A stretch of 64,000 bases of DNA from Vermamoeba vermiformis (Eukaryota). Location of the stretch: the NCBI GenBank assembly GCA_045837725.1, contig JBEWZL010000166.1, positions 186,001-250,000 of the forward strand, read 5' to 3'. The notes under the pieces were generated by a model. It made no database searches, was not told the DNA's origin, and saw only the letters and a list, made by a program, of their open reading frames with translations. This document shows positions 63,904 to 64,000 of the stretch, one piece after another. Made by a program: the position numbers and the translations under genes. The first letter of the stretch is position 1. Each line of letters starts with the position of its first letter.

Positions 63904-64000
63904 GACTGCTGCACATGGCATTGTAATATAGTAAATCTCGTCCTATCGATCTGTAGTGCTGCTGTTCGATCACGTGATTGGCTTGAGAGTCCAAATATGG

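Noticed and set aside
1-64000. tRNA, rRNA or snRNA genes
   Set aside because: None recognised by eye; a covariance-model search would be needed to exclude them.

Overview
Gene-dense eukaryotic nuclear DNA with many short spliceosomal introns (25-500 nt) and the standard genetic code. Gene content and style suggest a free-living protist, probably an amoebozoan (inference). About 38 protein-coding genes can be modelled by hand, mostly housekeeping genes, many in tight head-to-head pairs. Highlights: (1) a large gene at 8412-14155 whose hand-spliced N-terminus matches the Collier/Olf/EBF (COE) DNA-binding domain with its zinc knuckle plus an IPT domain, fused to ankyrin repeats, a Trp-repeat tract, a CRIB motif and a PAK kinase; (2) a highly iterated 12-bp palindrome TGACACGTGTCA (at least 22 perfect copies) plus other iterated palindromes inside gene bodies; (3) at least four U12-type introns, one of them AT-AC; (4) a 340-bp TRIM-like mini LTR element with PBS, PPT and TSD; (5) four apparent single-base insertions breaking conserved reading frames, most likely assembly errors. 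All models and counts were made by eye; no database searches were run.
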